Both the position numbers and the translations under genes were made by a program. A DNA stretch of 64,000 bases from NCBI GenBank assembly GCA_903813345.2, contig CAIIXF020000001.1, forward strand, positions 22,196,001 through 22,260,000. The letters run 5' to 3'. Positions 39,001 to 51,000 of the stretch are shown piece by piece. Under the pieces are notes generated by a model, which searched no databases, was not told where the DNA came from, and saw nothing but the letters and a program-made list of their open reading frames with translations. The stretch's first letter is position 1. Each line of letters begins with the position of its first letter. Source of the DNA: Owenia fusiformis (Eukaryota).

Positions 39001-42000
39001 TATTTGGTGCTTTCTGGGCACTTTATTGTTTGTCCCCAATAAATATTGACCATATCAAGGTGCTATTGATGTTAATTCTTGGCATTGAACAAATGCAACT
39101 TCCAAGCTTTTAAATTGTTTTATGGGGACGTGATTAGTGGCCCGCTCCCCCTAGAAAATTGTACACTTTTGAGATGCTATTTGGTGCTTTCTGAGCACTG
39201 TCAAAGTGTATGAGTCAATAAAATGATCTTTTATTGCGGGATGCCAGAGAGTGAGGTGGGGTGCCAGATGGGAGCTAGGGGTTGTCTCCAAGAAACATTG
39301 ACCATATCAAGGTGCTATTAAATGGTGTCTGTGAACATTAAACGTATCTGAGAAAAAAACATAAAATAAATTCAAAATTTTCAATTGTTTTGTATATTGG
39401 TCCCCCTAGAAAAAGTTACAATTTTAAAATGCTATCTTGTGCTTTCTTGGAACTTTCAAAGTGTATGATTCAATAAGACACATTGACTTTTTTATGGGGG
39501 GGGGGGTGTAAATTAGGGAACCAGGGGGGGAGTAGACTATATCCTATTTAGTCTGAATAATATTCAGACTATACATATAGTATGTTAAAATTTGTTAACA
39601 AAAAATATTTGTTTACATAGGAAGTGATATTCAAAATGGCTATTCAAAATGGCGGGAGTGAATTAATTTGCATATTTGTTACTTCAACTAGCTTTATTTC
39701 CACCTAATATGTTGTGTTATTATTGCATTTAATTAATTGTACCTTACTACTTAATTGAAGTGATAAAATGTTGTTTTTTTAACTAATGCTTCCTCAAATT
39801 GATAATTTTTTGCAGAAAATTTCACTGCAATTTCCACAGGACAGTAGTACATCATAACAGACTGACTTCTATAGTCAGTCTGTTAGATACATACTAAGAG
39901 GTGGAGGTGAGGTGGGGGTGCTAGAGAGGAAGCAAGTGTTAAATGCTGACTATAGTAAGGAGCTATTTGATGATGTCTGGGCACTTTAAAAGTGTCTGAG
40001 ACAATGTATAAAATAACTTCAATTGTTTTGTGGGGGTGTGAGGGTGGCCCACTCCCTCTAGAAAAGTTTACAATTTCTTTATCGGGGGGGGGGGTGCTAG
40101 TCTATATCCAATAGACTGAATGCGAATTTTCATTCCAAATTTCAAAAAAAATTAAGACTGAATAAGATGTTGTCTAGGGGGTATGCGGTCGCATCCATAG
40201 AACCCCCCCCCCCCATCTGACGGCCCTGCCAAAGACAGCTTAGGTGTAACATGCTAATTGTGCATGGGTTTTTGATATACACAGATGATGGCATTAATTA
40301 TCGTTAGGTATTCAGTGATTGCCTTGTCTGATAAGAAGACGTGTATGGCCAATCATACAATTGCTAACTTGATATTGATATAATTGATATAATTACATGT
40401 ACTTATTACCTAAATGACCTACAAGAATATTGAAACTTTAAAGATTAAATCCGGGAGATAAGATCATAAAACGTTTCGTCTTACTTGGATTTCCGCAATC
40501 TGTCCTCCCTCTTGAACGATTTGATGAGGAGTTCCATCCTCTCACGAATAGTTCGTAAACTATCAACGTGGAGACTTTTACACACGTCGAGGCGAACAGC
40601 CTCCCAATTGGGAGGATTCTCCCATGGATTTGCCAGGGAAGAACGCACTAAGACTAAGTCGTCTTAGAGTCTAAAGTAAACACGTTTTTTGGCGCTTTCT
40701 TGATCTTGAGACATGATGTTCAGCAGTCCACGCGCTATGGATGAATATTGAAGGCTCATTGTGCTGTTTATAAGTACGATTTGCAGGCCACTCACTCATA
40801 ATCAAATTAGTTGACTAATAAGCCTGGTTCCTTTCATCAAAATTAGCACGATATACACTAAACATTATGTAGGTCACTTAAATTTAACATTTAGGGGAAA
40901 TTGATATACATTTGAAGGACAAAAATAGATGCGGAAACAACTACGCACAAAAGTGTCAACTTTACGTACTTTCGGTATTGCAGTCGATAACACAAACGTA
41001 TTGAGTCCACATTTGCTCCATCTATGCGTTACGGATTTTGATACGGGCAGCTGAAACGTTGTGCGAAGCAACTACACTGTGATTATTGTAATACCATTCC
41101 ACACAGTGTAAAATGAATTGAACATACCATTTGGAAAACTCGATTTATGTCAAACAATAAACAAATCCATTCACCAAATCTAAGTCATATATTGAACAAC
41201 ACAATGTGTTTGTTCATACAGTGATACTTTTAGAACTAAAATCAATGTAATTGTATGATAAAATGGGATGCGTAAATGACCAACGTACAAAAGCCTCATT
41301 TTTCGTGTTTTCCGTATTGCTGCACGTATAAATTGGACGGACTGCGCATAAATCTGGTAAATACGTTACGGATACGGATACGTTGAGCTAAAAAACGTTG
41401 TGCGAAACCTCTCTACTATATTTAACCAGTAAAACGTATTGTTATTGCTGAAACAAGTGTTGGTATATGAATATCTACACCCATCAGTGTCCCATGCCCA
41501 TATTTGCTGGAAAATACTTCCATTCCAAAGTAGGAAAACCCATTCTCAATGTAAAATGGCCACAAAGCACGTCCTTCTATGATATCCGGCTCTTCCATGA
41601 AGCCACATTCATTGTTAGGTATGAGGAAACTAGCTGTAAAAAAGCCTCCATCTTTTGGAATTGTTCCATTCCATTTTCCTACAATGAGTAGTAAGATTCA
41701 TTAATAATTAGTGTATGGAATATACTGGGAGGTATAAATACACATATGCAAATATTGTCTAATCTGTTATCATAAGCTGTCTGTCCAGGTGATAACTAAA
41801 ATACTGTTTGACAGTTTTGATTCAAATTTTATAGGCTAATGCCTTATATGTGTAAGACATCTGCTTAGAAAGAATTTACAATATGGCTGCTCAAGTCAAA
41901 ATGGACACCATTTTTCTTATCCAACCAAATGAAGGAATATAGAGAAGCTGTCCATCCGTCTGTTCGTCTATCTGTCCGGCTGATAACTTAAATACCAGTT

Positions 42001-45000
42001 CTCGAATTTGATTCCAGTTTTATAGGCTTATGCCTTAAGAGTGTAAAACATCTGGTCAAGAAGGAATTTTCAGCATGACTGCTCAATTCAAAATGTTTTT
42101 TTTTGTAAAAAATGTAATCTTTGACTTTGGTGTTGTCTAAGGACAAAGGAACTTTGCTCAAGAAGAGAATTTCAAGATGGCCTATGAATTTCTAAATGGC
42201 CACCATTTTTTATAAAAGAAATAATCTTTGATAACTCAAATACCAGTTGACAGATTAGGTTCAAATTTTATATGCTGATACTTAGAGACAAAAGAGCTTT
42301 GCTTTTCCAAGGTAGCCACTGGATTTCAAAATAGGTGCCATTTTCGTAAAGAACGTAACAATTGATAACTCAAATACCAGTGGACGGATACCCATTAACA
42401 AAGGAGCTCTGTTCAAGAAGAATTTTTTTAAGATTGCCACTATTTATCAAAACATGTTTTGTTCGGTGGGATTTGCTACTCTGTGGAGTTGCTGTTTTCT
42501 AGTTTGATGGCTTTACCTATCAATGTTATGGGTTTTTTGGCTAGTGCTCCAAATCCAATTTCTGTACAATATGCATTCTTGTAATATTTCACTCGACGAT
42601 GTGGCGTTGTCTCCGTCACTGCCCTTAGCTTAGTTTTTGAGATAAATCCTAAGAATGTATAATCTCCCAAATCTACAGGTTGACCTTGGTACAACTGCTC
42701 ATCCGTCAAACTGCTTACATCAATGCCATACTCTTTGAGATATTCTACACATTCTCTTCCTGAAATTTAGTAACTCAACTTGAATAAGAATTATGATTGC
42801 ATGGGAGAGTTGGGGTCATACCAGGTTAGATGACAGGGGAGACTAACTAGATAATGGCAAGATTTCATTGAATATAGACAAATTATGTGCTATTTACAAG
42901 ACCAAAGTTAAATATTGATGAAAATCAAGATTTTAGAGGGGGTAATATTCTTAAAAGAGTAACAGGGCTGTCAACTTGGGACCACCTAATATGAGTGACT
43001 TCAAAATGTTGGACACCTAAGTCCAAATCTGAACACTTTTGTCCAAATTTTGAACACCTTTGGCCAACTTTTAAACACCTTTGGCCAAAGTTTGAGCACC
43101 TTTGCCAAACTTTGAACACCTCAAATTTTTCGCGCTCGCTACGCTCGCGTTCTCGTCAACGGGGGGGGGGGGGAGGGACGAAAAATTTTCAATGAACATG
43201 CGTGACACATACGGGATTCGCGTGACAAATCCGAACAAATTGCGTTCGGTTTTTTCCGACGTTCGTATTTTTACCGTATCGTAAACATATTTCGAAAAAA
43301 TATTTTTGCGTGACAATTGCCAGGTAAAATGCGTATTTTGCGTGACATTTTCTGTCACGCAAAAAAAACTGGCGTGACTTCAAATTCTTCAGCAAATGCG
43401 TGACAAATACGCAAATTGCGGGACAGTTGACAGGCCTGGAGTAATGCATACGAATTTTCTGGGAGTAACATTTGACAGTAAATTAAAATGGAATGAGCAC
43501 ATAAATAAGGTAACACATAAAATATCAAAAAGTATTGGTATTCTGGGAAAGATTAAATATAAATTGAATAGAAAAACTATGATTACAGAGCTGTCAAGTG
43601 TCCCGCGAATGGCGGGATTATCCCGCGAATTTGATCAAAATTTGGCTAATTCGCGTGTCCCGCAATGTCCCGCGAAGTCCCGCAAATGTCGGCTTTGACC
43701 TCCGCGAATTTTCAAAATTGTAACAATCCCCGAGCCTAAGTAATTGTGATTATCTTGTGATATACAGTGTAAGAAGCTAAAGGGTACACCCCAGTTGTCA
43801 GAAACCCATTACTCCGAAAAATATAGGCCTAGTCATAATTTACCAGAGAAAGGGGGACGTACCAAGTTAAGCTTACGCCAGTTTCATGCCATGTATTTGG
43901 CCAAATTAATGGGATGGACGCATTCTGATGTTCATAGATATCTCTCTCTCTCTCACTTAGAATTGCGCCCATTACATGGTGCTACTAGAATGGCAGGAAC
44001 GGGGGATTTATTTTATATTGTGATCCTAAAAGCGGTTATTAAAACACAATATATATTACCGAACAGTTTATCTTAACTTCTTCAATCTCTTTTTTGTAGG
44101 CAAAATAAAATGAAACATTTTGAAACAGATAAAATAAGTTAACGCATAGAACTTTAAAAATAAAACAGTATACAATATTACGTTGTCAAAATATTTCGTC
44201 GCATTCAATTTCTTAGTCTCTGTCTCTTATCAAATCGAAAAAGAACAAAACATTCTAAACCTAATCACTTGGGATTTATTTTCGGCCTTCGTTCTTCTCC
44301 TAAACTGTATTTGCTTGACAATAATCAGAGAAAGTGCGTATTAGTATTTTGCGTGGCATATTGTTCTGTCACGCAAACAAACGGGTGTGACTTCGATTTC
44401 TTGTCTGTCTGAGGACGTATTGGGAACGAGGTAGAATTAAAGAATTTTATGAACGAGTCACGCAAGGTACTAGAACTAGTAAAGTAATTTATTGGATAAG
44501 TTAATTTCTAAAGGATCTGGATAAAATATGTTTCAAAACTTTGTGAACACTACATAACTACATTAGGCAGATATAGTATCTTGATATATTTCGCTATCAT
44601 GCGTTTCAAATACGTTCCTAAAACTATGAAGACGTTAGGTGAGAAATATTGCTATTGTACGTTCGAAAAGTATTTGGTTGTATTTTCTAGTTATCAGGTT
44701 ACCCATGAACTTTCGTAGTAGAATCAGATAACAGATTTTTCGAAAACCCGTCTCGTGCTAAGAGTGTAAAAACTTGTATTAACATGCTCAAAAGTGCCAA
44801 TGTGCACATCAATGTCAAGCTAAATCAATGTTGTGTCTAAAACAGGTACCTGATCTACTCAAAACAGCTTGTCATTCACGTATACACGCTTAGCAAACAC
44901 GGCGAAATGACCTGAATCTTGGAATTTCGTTCGAGAGCTAGTAATGTTTGCTCCGGTCTTCGTCATAAGTGTTCATCAGACTTCACGCATGCGCAGGAGA

Positions 45001-48000
45001 AAAACCATCAACCAATAACGTTTATAAATCAATTTTGCGCATGCGCCTTACAACGGTAAAGAAATTCGTATTTATAAACGAACCTGTTTGAGATAACCCG
45101 ATATCAGTCGGAGAAATCTGACGATCTACGAAACTCACTTCAAAAAATCAAATGCGGACTGACGGCGTATTCTACTATGTTTGGATCTAAGATTTTCAGT
45201 ATAGATAGAGTCTTTTATGATCTTTCGAATGAGGTAAGTCTCTAGTTCGAAAGACAATCGTATCAACTTGAACAAAAGTTGAGTTTTGACGAAAAATTGT
45301 AACATGCGCAGAAGTCCCATTTTCGTTGTACCATATTGTCTGGTTTGGCTATTTCTTGAAGACTAACATATACTTTTATTAGTTCCAAAGAAACCCCCTG
45401 GATGAACATTACGGTATTTCAGCCGATATTCCTCAAAATGGTGCATCTTAAAAATCTATAAGTGGGACTCCCTTTATAGAAGCTTTGAACTGAATTTACA
45501 CTTCTTAATGCTGAAATTGATAGTTTATTCATACATTTTAAGAAAATAGGTATGTCAAAGAATATGTTAAGCCAAATGTTGCCTTTATAGCTATGAAAAA
45601 GTAAAAGAATTTGATTTTTCTCTCTACAGGCCTTGTTGCCCCTTTAATAATATTTCTATGTGTATTGTGTGGAATTGTGTTGACGTTTACTTAAGTTAAG
45701 TGCATTATATTTGATAAATCAGTATCTGAAAGTTTGATTTGAGTACTTTTACATTAAGCCCCAATCACGCAAATCCCTTGAATGTCCTGCGACATCCCGC
45801 AAATTTAGGTGGATGTTTCGCCAATCCTGCAAATTTAGGGCACTTTGTCTAAAAAAGATTGCCCCTCTATGAAGTCTTTGGTGGTTACCCTGTTAACTGT
45901 CCCGCAATTAGCGTGTTTGTCCCTCGAAAGTTCCCGCGAAATCCTGCGAATTTGATCGAAATTCGACCTATTAGCGCAATCACGCAAATTCCTTAAATGT
46001 CCCGCAAAATCCCGCGAATTTAGGCTGATGTCCCGCAAAATCCCGCGAATTTTTGGCACTGGGTCTAAAAAATCTGTCCCGCGAGAAAATCTTTGGGGGT
46101 TGACAGTACTGTGATTACCATTTATAATTCACTTATATTGTCACAATTGAACTATTGCAACATGGGGTAATGCATGTAAAACATTTTTGAATAAGTTGCT
46201 TTTGTTACAAAAACATGCAGTGAGAATAATCACAAATTCTGACTTTTTAGCACATAGCCCATTAATCGTACAAATGGGATTGGGGGGATTAGGCGATTTC
46301 TGCAAGAAAACACAACAAAGGAGGAGGGAAAGTAGCGCAACAGCTTCCGGACAGTCATATGTTAGATTTTGGCTATTTTCTGAGGATTTAAACAGGTGCA
46401 TATGTTTGACCCAATGCATTATCTCCAGGAAAAGCACTCATAGAAATGATGAAATAATTTTGACTTTGAGACAGGGAAGATGCAAACAACCCACCCACAT
46501 GTTTTTCTGAAATGTTTTCCTGATTTTCGACCCCTTCCACCCCTGCTTTTTCAAATTCTTTTTGCAAAAATGTTGCAAAAATCAAAATGTTGCATTTGGA
46601 CACACAATTAAACCCTTCAAGAGAATAAGTAACTCCTTCAGGGGTTTTAAAGATATCCATTATGGGTGACCAAAATTAGATGAAAGCAATGGATCGCATG
46701 CATTTTCCCTATATTGTTTTCCAATTTATCAAAGAGGAGTTACTTATTCCTTTACAGGGGTTAACTGTGTCTGAAAATGCAACATTTTGATGCAACAAAA
46801 ATTGAAAAAGCAGGGGTGGAAGGGGTTGAAAATCAGGACAACATTTTAGAAAAAAATTGTGGGTGCATCTTCCCTGTCTCAAAGTCAAAATTATTTCATC
46901 ATCTCTATTAGTGCTTTTCCTGGAGATAATGCATTGGCCTAACATATGCACCTGTTTAAATCCTCAGAAAATAGCCAAAATCCAACATATGACTGTCCCA
47001 AATCTGTTGCGATACTTTGCCTCCTCCTTTGGAAGATTTATTTTTTCAAGAGAAAATTTACAACTGAATTGCCAAATAAATAGCAAAATATGTTAGGCCA
47101 TCTAGTAATTTTCATCATCACCAACGTGCAAAAGTCAATGTTTTTGCTATAAATCGGGCAACAATGGTCTACACGTCACACGACCTGTAATAAATAGGTA
47201 TAAGGGACATTAACGTTATTATCACAATAGTAATGACATTGCTCACTTTTTAAAGTTAGCTTCCATGCGTTATACAAAAAATAATCGAAATAAATTAATA
47301 TGGGATGGAGGGGGGATGGAATGGAGGGGGAATAATGTGTATATAAGACATGATAAGACATGCTACTTGAATTTATTCTTATGACTCCAAATGTTCCCAT
47401 TTTTCATTCTCCAGAGATATAATACTAGTATCCAGTTTCTTACTGGGGTACTGAGTTTAGTTTTTTCAAATACACGAGTTCTTGTGAATTTGTTCCATCG
47501 TAAAGACATATAAATCCCCCCTCCATCCCATATTAATTTATTGCGATTATTTTTTGTATTGCCAAATAAATAGGCGCAGTGCATGGCAAAATATGTTCGG
47601 TCATCTAGTATTTTTTTTGAACTGATACCCTTCTAAGATATGAGGTCTATTAAAAAAGGCGCATTATCATCACCAACGTGCAAAAGTCAATGTTTTTGAT
47701 ATAAATCAGGCAACAATGGTCTACACGACCTGTAATAAATATTATTAACATACATCATCCACATGGTACACAGCCTCATACACTCACCTTTTTTAACAAT
47801 TTCTGATCTCGATTTGACTCCAAATAATTTCCAGGTTTTATGCAAGACCCTTGGGGCGGCAGATAACTCTGAAGGATCCCCATCTGATAGAAATGATAAT
47901 GTCGTCTCTGTAGAATTTCCTTCTTGCATCGCTTCCCTCTTGCATATATTGCATTTTGAGGAATCACCAAATTTTACAAAACTGATGAGGAGCAAAAAGA

Positions 48001-51000
48001 AAATGATACTTTGTAACGAATACATGATTTCTTATCAGCCCTTTTTCTATGTATGTCTTAAAAGATGTTAGTATGGTCATGTTTAACATGAAATGTTAAT
48101 AAATTGACTGTTGAGAAAAATTGTTAAAGTGTAGCAGAAATCATATAGAGTGTGCATTTTGCAAGAGTCAGTAATCATGCAGGGACTAAATGAATAGGAC
48201 CAACCAATATTTGATCCATTTTGGTATGAGAGGACAGCTCAGACACTGGCAGCCTAAATTCAAAGTCCAAGGATAGACAATCACACAAATATATAAATTA
48301 TCCACAATTCATTGAGTTTTGAGTTTAAATTTTTTCACGCATTGCAAGAGATTGTGTACATTATTCCTTAAATTATTTTTACAAGGAAACGTTTTTGTAA
48401 GGGTTTTCATAAGGTTTTCTCATTTGACATTTTGACCTCCAAAAGTACCTGTCTTGCTATTCCTCATTTAACTATTTATAGGTTTTCACACATTTGCCAG
48501 TTGATTTCACTAAATCTAAAATAATCACACACTCCCCTCTTAATTCATATGGACCCTGAAATGTAACATTGTACATGTGTAGTACATGGGTAACTGTTTA
48601 GTATAGTATACTGTCTAAAGTTTAACAATTCGAGCTGGATGTATTTACTCATTGACTTATTTTTAATAACATGACTTTTAACATCAGTAAACTGATGTGG
48701 CCTAGTAGTTTATAGGGTCATGGTCAAAATTGCAAAAAGAAGTAAAAAGCATGGAGCAATTACTCAGATGCGAGTAGGTAGTCACCAGTTTCGCCACCAG
48801 GTGGCTGATTCGGGGGAATTAACATGGCAGGGTATTACAAAATTCCCTTTAACTTGAATATGCATCAGTTTTAGTGGTTCACTTTTCATATTACCTTAAT
48901 GTATCTGATAGTTATACAAATTAAAATATGTCCAGTAAAAGAAAATATTATCTACCCAACACAAGAAAAGATATTTCACTTTTTGTGGTTTTACAACATT
49001 GGGTCTATGGGGAATCTCCCCGACCTAGAAGTCACATTTTCAAACAAAATTAAATTTTCAAAGTTGATAAACTCTTTTCAAAACCATGCACACTTCTAAA
49101 AGTAATTTTACATGTAGATTCCAAATATGACATTAGTTTGACTGAATTGAGATTTTTTAATGACGTAAATCAAGATTATTTCTACTCGCATCTGGGATAT
49201 TGGAGCAGTGTTTGGACCTGGAGCAGTGTTTCACCATTATACATTTTTGAGAAAATTAAGATTTTCACTGTACTTTTAATATTATACTTGGATAGTTTGA
49301 AACAAAATTTTCTTGTATTTAGTGAAAATGTGAAAGTATGTCGTTTGACTATGTATATCCCTTTTTAGATGGACTCATCTGAAATGAACACTTTGGTCAG
49401 TATAGCTATTTTTCTGGAACACTTTAAGTTGAGAATTTAGCTAAACAAACAAAAAGAAGGTGATGTATAGTATATACAGCAGTAATCAAATATGCTTTAT
49501 AAATGTATAGTCTATTATGATATATTTAAAAGAAAATATAAATGACTGTTTGATAAAAATGTATTGTATTGTACATACGCTTGCCATATCAATCTCTGTA
49601 TTATTTGTATATATCACTGAGCAGAATTTCAATGTCAATTACTGTTACATGTATACGAAGTTCGGTAGGGATATAGTTAAGCTCTCTGTCTGTCCATCAG
49701 TCCTTCTGTTTGTCAGTCTGTCCAGATGGATTTGCTTCATAATAATTGAAATATATATATATACATTGTATTGGTATAGGTTTTCGCAAAAAAATTTTTT
49801 CACGATGGCGAGAATATTTGGCAACAATCTAAGTTTTTCATTTTTAAACCAAAGTAATAAATATTTTTGCTTGAAATTTTGATAGTGTACAGGATTTGTT
49901 GTTGATTTTGAAATCTTTCTGAAGTAAAGCTTTATTATACTCAAATGAAAGGCAATTTTGAGTAGATTGCAAATATCGTATCATTTTTCTGAATCGGGCC
50001 TTGTAAAATTCAAAATGACCGCTTTATGTGGGATTTCGCAGTAATTTCCGGGTTATTTCAATGTATGACTACAGTATATGCAGGCCTGTCAACTGTCCCG
50101 CAATTTGCGTATTTTTCACGCATTTGCTGAAGAATTTGAAGTCACGCCAGTTATTTTTGCGTGACAGAAAATGCCACGCAAATACGCATTTTACCTGGTA
50201 ATTGTCAAGCAAAAATATTTCTGTAGAAATTTTTTTAAAAAAGATTGTCTACACAGCAAAAATACGAACGACGGGAAAAAAACGTACGCATTTCGTTCGG
50301 ACTTTTCACGCGAATTACGGATATGTCACGCATTCCGTTCGAAATTGTTCGTACCTACCCCCCCCCCGTTGATGGATGTTTGAAACGCGAGCGTAGCGAG
50401 CGCGAAAAATTTGAGGTGTTCAAAATTTGGCAAGATGTAATAAAATTGAAACCAAGGTGTTCAAAATTTGGATCAAGGTGTTCAGATTTGGACCAAGGTG
50501 TCCACATTTTGAGGGGAGGTGTTCAACATTTCCAAGTCACTCATGTTAGGTGTTCCCAAGTTGACAGGCCTGGTATATGTTATACTTAAATTGAAGGAAT
50601 TTTAGAATAGATCACAATTATGGTATTGTTTTCCTTATTCTTGCTTCAGAAAATTTAAAATGGCTGCCAAGCAAGAATCCACTATTACTTGGAGATCTGT
50701 CTAAACTATGACTACATTATACTATAATAGATCTCAAATATTTTATTGTCTATGATTTGTATGAAACTCCTAATAAAAATGGTCAAAACCAGATATGACG
50801 TCATAGCTACTTCCGGTACTGGTACCAAATGCTTAAATTGGAAATTCTGATATATCTCTAATGTATGATTTTTAATATCTGCCAATTAAATCAAGGGTAC
50901 AGTAGATGGTACATGTATATATTACATTACTAATCTAATATGTAACCTACCTATTAAAAGTAGGTTGGGTAGCAAAAGGTTGACCTAAATAATGAGGTGG

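Larger units (their letters stand above)
32739..41414 (+). mobile_element. PIF/Harbinger (PHIS) superfamily DNA transposon, ~8.7 kb, two convergent genes, with nested MITEs
   Basis: Perfect terminal inverted repeat AGAGAGGTTTCGCACAACG (32739-32757) / CGTTGTGCGAAACCTCTCT (41396-41414). Subterminal CGTATCC/GGATACG repeats at both ends. Flanks are AAT and ACT. Encloses a DDE transposase and a partner gene. Confidence 0.9.
42930..46262 (+). pseudogene. CR1/L2-clade LINE ORF2 3' fragment, interrupted by two MITEs
   Basis: Removing the two insertions gives [89 protein letters not shown] (with a frameshift), typical of the region after a LINE RT domain. Confidence 0.8.

Noticed and set aside
38650-40230. 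Degenerate GATGCTATTTGGTG...CTGGGCAC repeats as coding or RNA gene
   Set aside because: Decayed internal repeats of a MITE-like element in the accessory gene's intron; no frame or RNA fold, and the left boundary could not be defined.
47083-47740. ~110-bp direct repeat with a TTACAG acceptor on the - strand, as extra exon(s) of the nested gene
   Set aside because: Both copies reach stop codons quickly in the required phase, whereas direct splicing 47788->42759 gives a clean frame.
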